A stretch of 63,820 nt of DNA, counting the filler, from Octopus bimaculoides (Eukaryota): the NCBI RefSeq assembly GCF_001194135.2. It is 7 parts of 6 records of this genome, joined end to end, with 100 filler letters (N's around TTAATTAATTAA, not from the genome) between each part and the next. Parts side by side here need not be neighbours in the genome. Positions count along the whole stretch, not along the records: positions 56,924 to 63,820 come from NC_068988.1; 6 more parts are not named here. One strand, given 5' to 3'. A program made the position numbers and the translations under genes. This document shows positions 63,427 through 63,820 of this stretch, piece after piece. The notes beneath the pieces were generated by a model. That model worked only from the letters and a program-made list of their open reading frames with translations, was not told the DNA's origin and ran no database searches. How positions within the stretch are numbered: position 1 is the first letter of the stretch; each line of letters starts with the position of its first letter.

Positions 63427-63820
63427 CACGTTGTAATAAGCATACGAGTATAACATGCGTATGAATATATCGAGAAGACTCATACTTTCGGCATTAAACT
63501 AAAACCTCATAATTATGCATTCTTTATGTGTTCCTTTTATGTTCCTTTCTTAACCGACTGTGCATCATATGCTTATATAAATAATACACATGTACATGCA
63601 CACATGCATATGTATGTGTATGTATATATACACACACATATATATATGTATATATGAATGTGTATATATATATATTTTTTATTTTTTTATATCTAACGTG
63701 GACACTTAATGTGCTAGAAATAGATCACATCTTGTGTCTACTAGGACCTAAATTGTTCTCAAAACAAAATTCAGCGGAATACCAAAGCGTAAGCGGGCAA
63801 GACATATATATATATATATA

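Overview
AT-rich, gap-ridden eukaryotic draft scaffold, almost entirely non-coding. The microsatellite load and SINE repertoire look like a cephalopod genome (Octopus-like; inference, not proven). No complete protein-coding gene is visible, and nearly all ORFs in the track are translated microsatellites or N-runs. Recognisable content: (1) dozens of tRNA-derived SINE copies in about 3 families, plus other dispersed repeats; (2) transposon relics: an internally deleted Ty3/Gypsy element with PPT and 3' LTR, a FLYWCH-MULE transposase pseudogene joined tail-to-tail to a mariner, a Tc1/mariner relic interrupted by a mariner MITE, RTE-like and R4/Dong-like LINE fragments, hAT MITEs and fold-back elements; (3) several weak candidate exons on both strands; (4) most interesting, five degenerate minimal type-I hammerhead ribozyme motifs plus one half motif, of the Penelope/retrozyme kind, one of them at the tip of a 27-bp hairpin. 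TTAATTAATTAA islands in 100-nt gaps and a 288-bp duplication across a 10-N gap are assembly artefacts.
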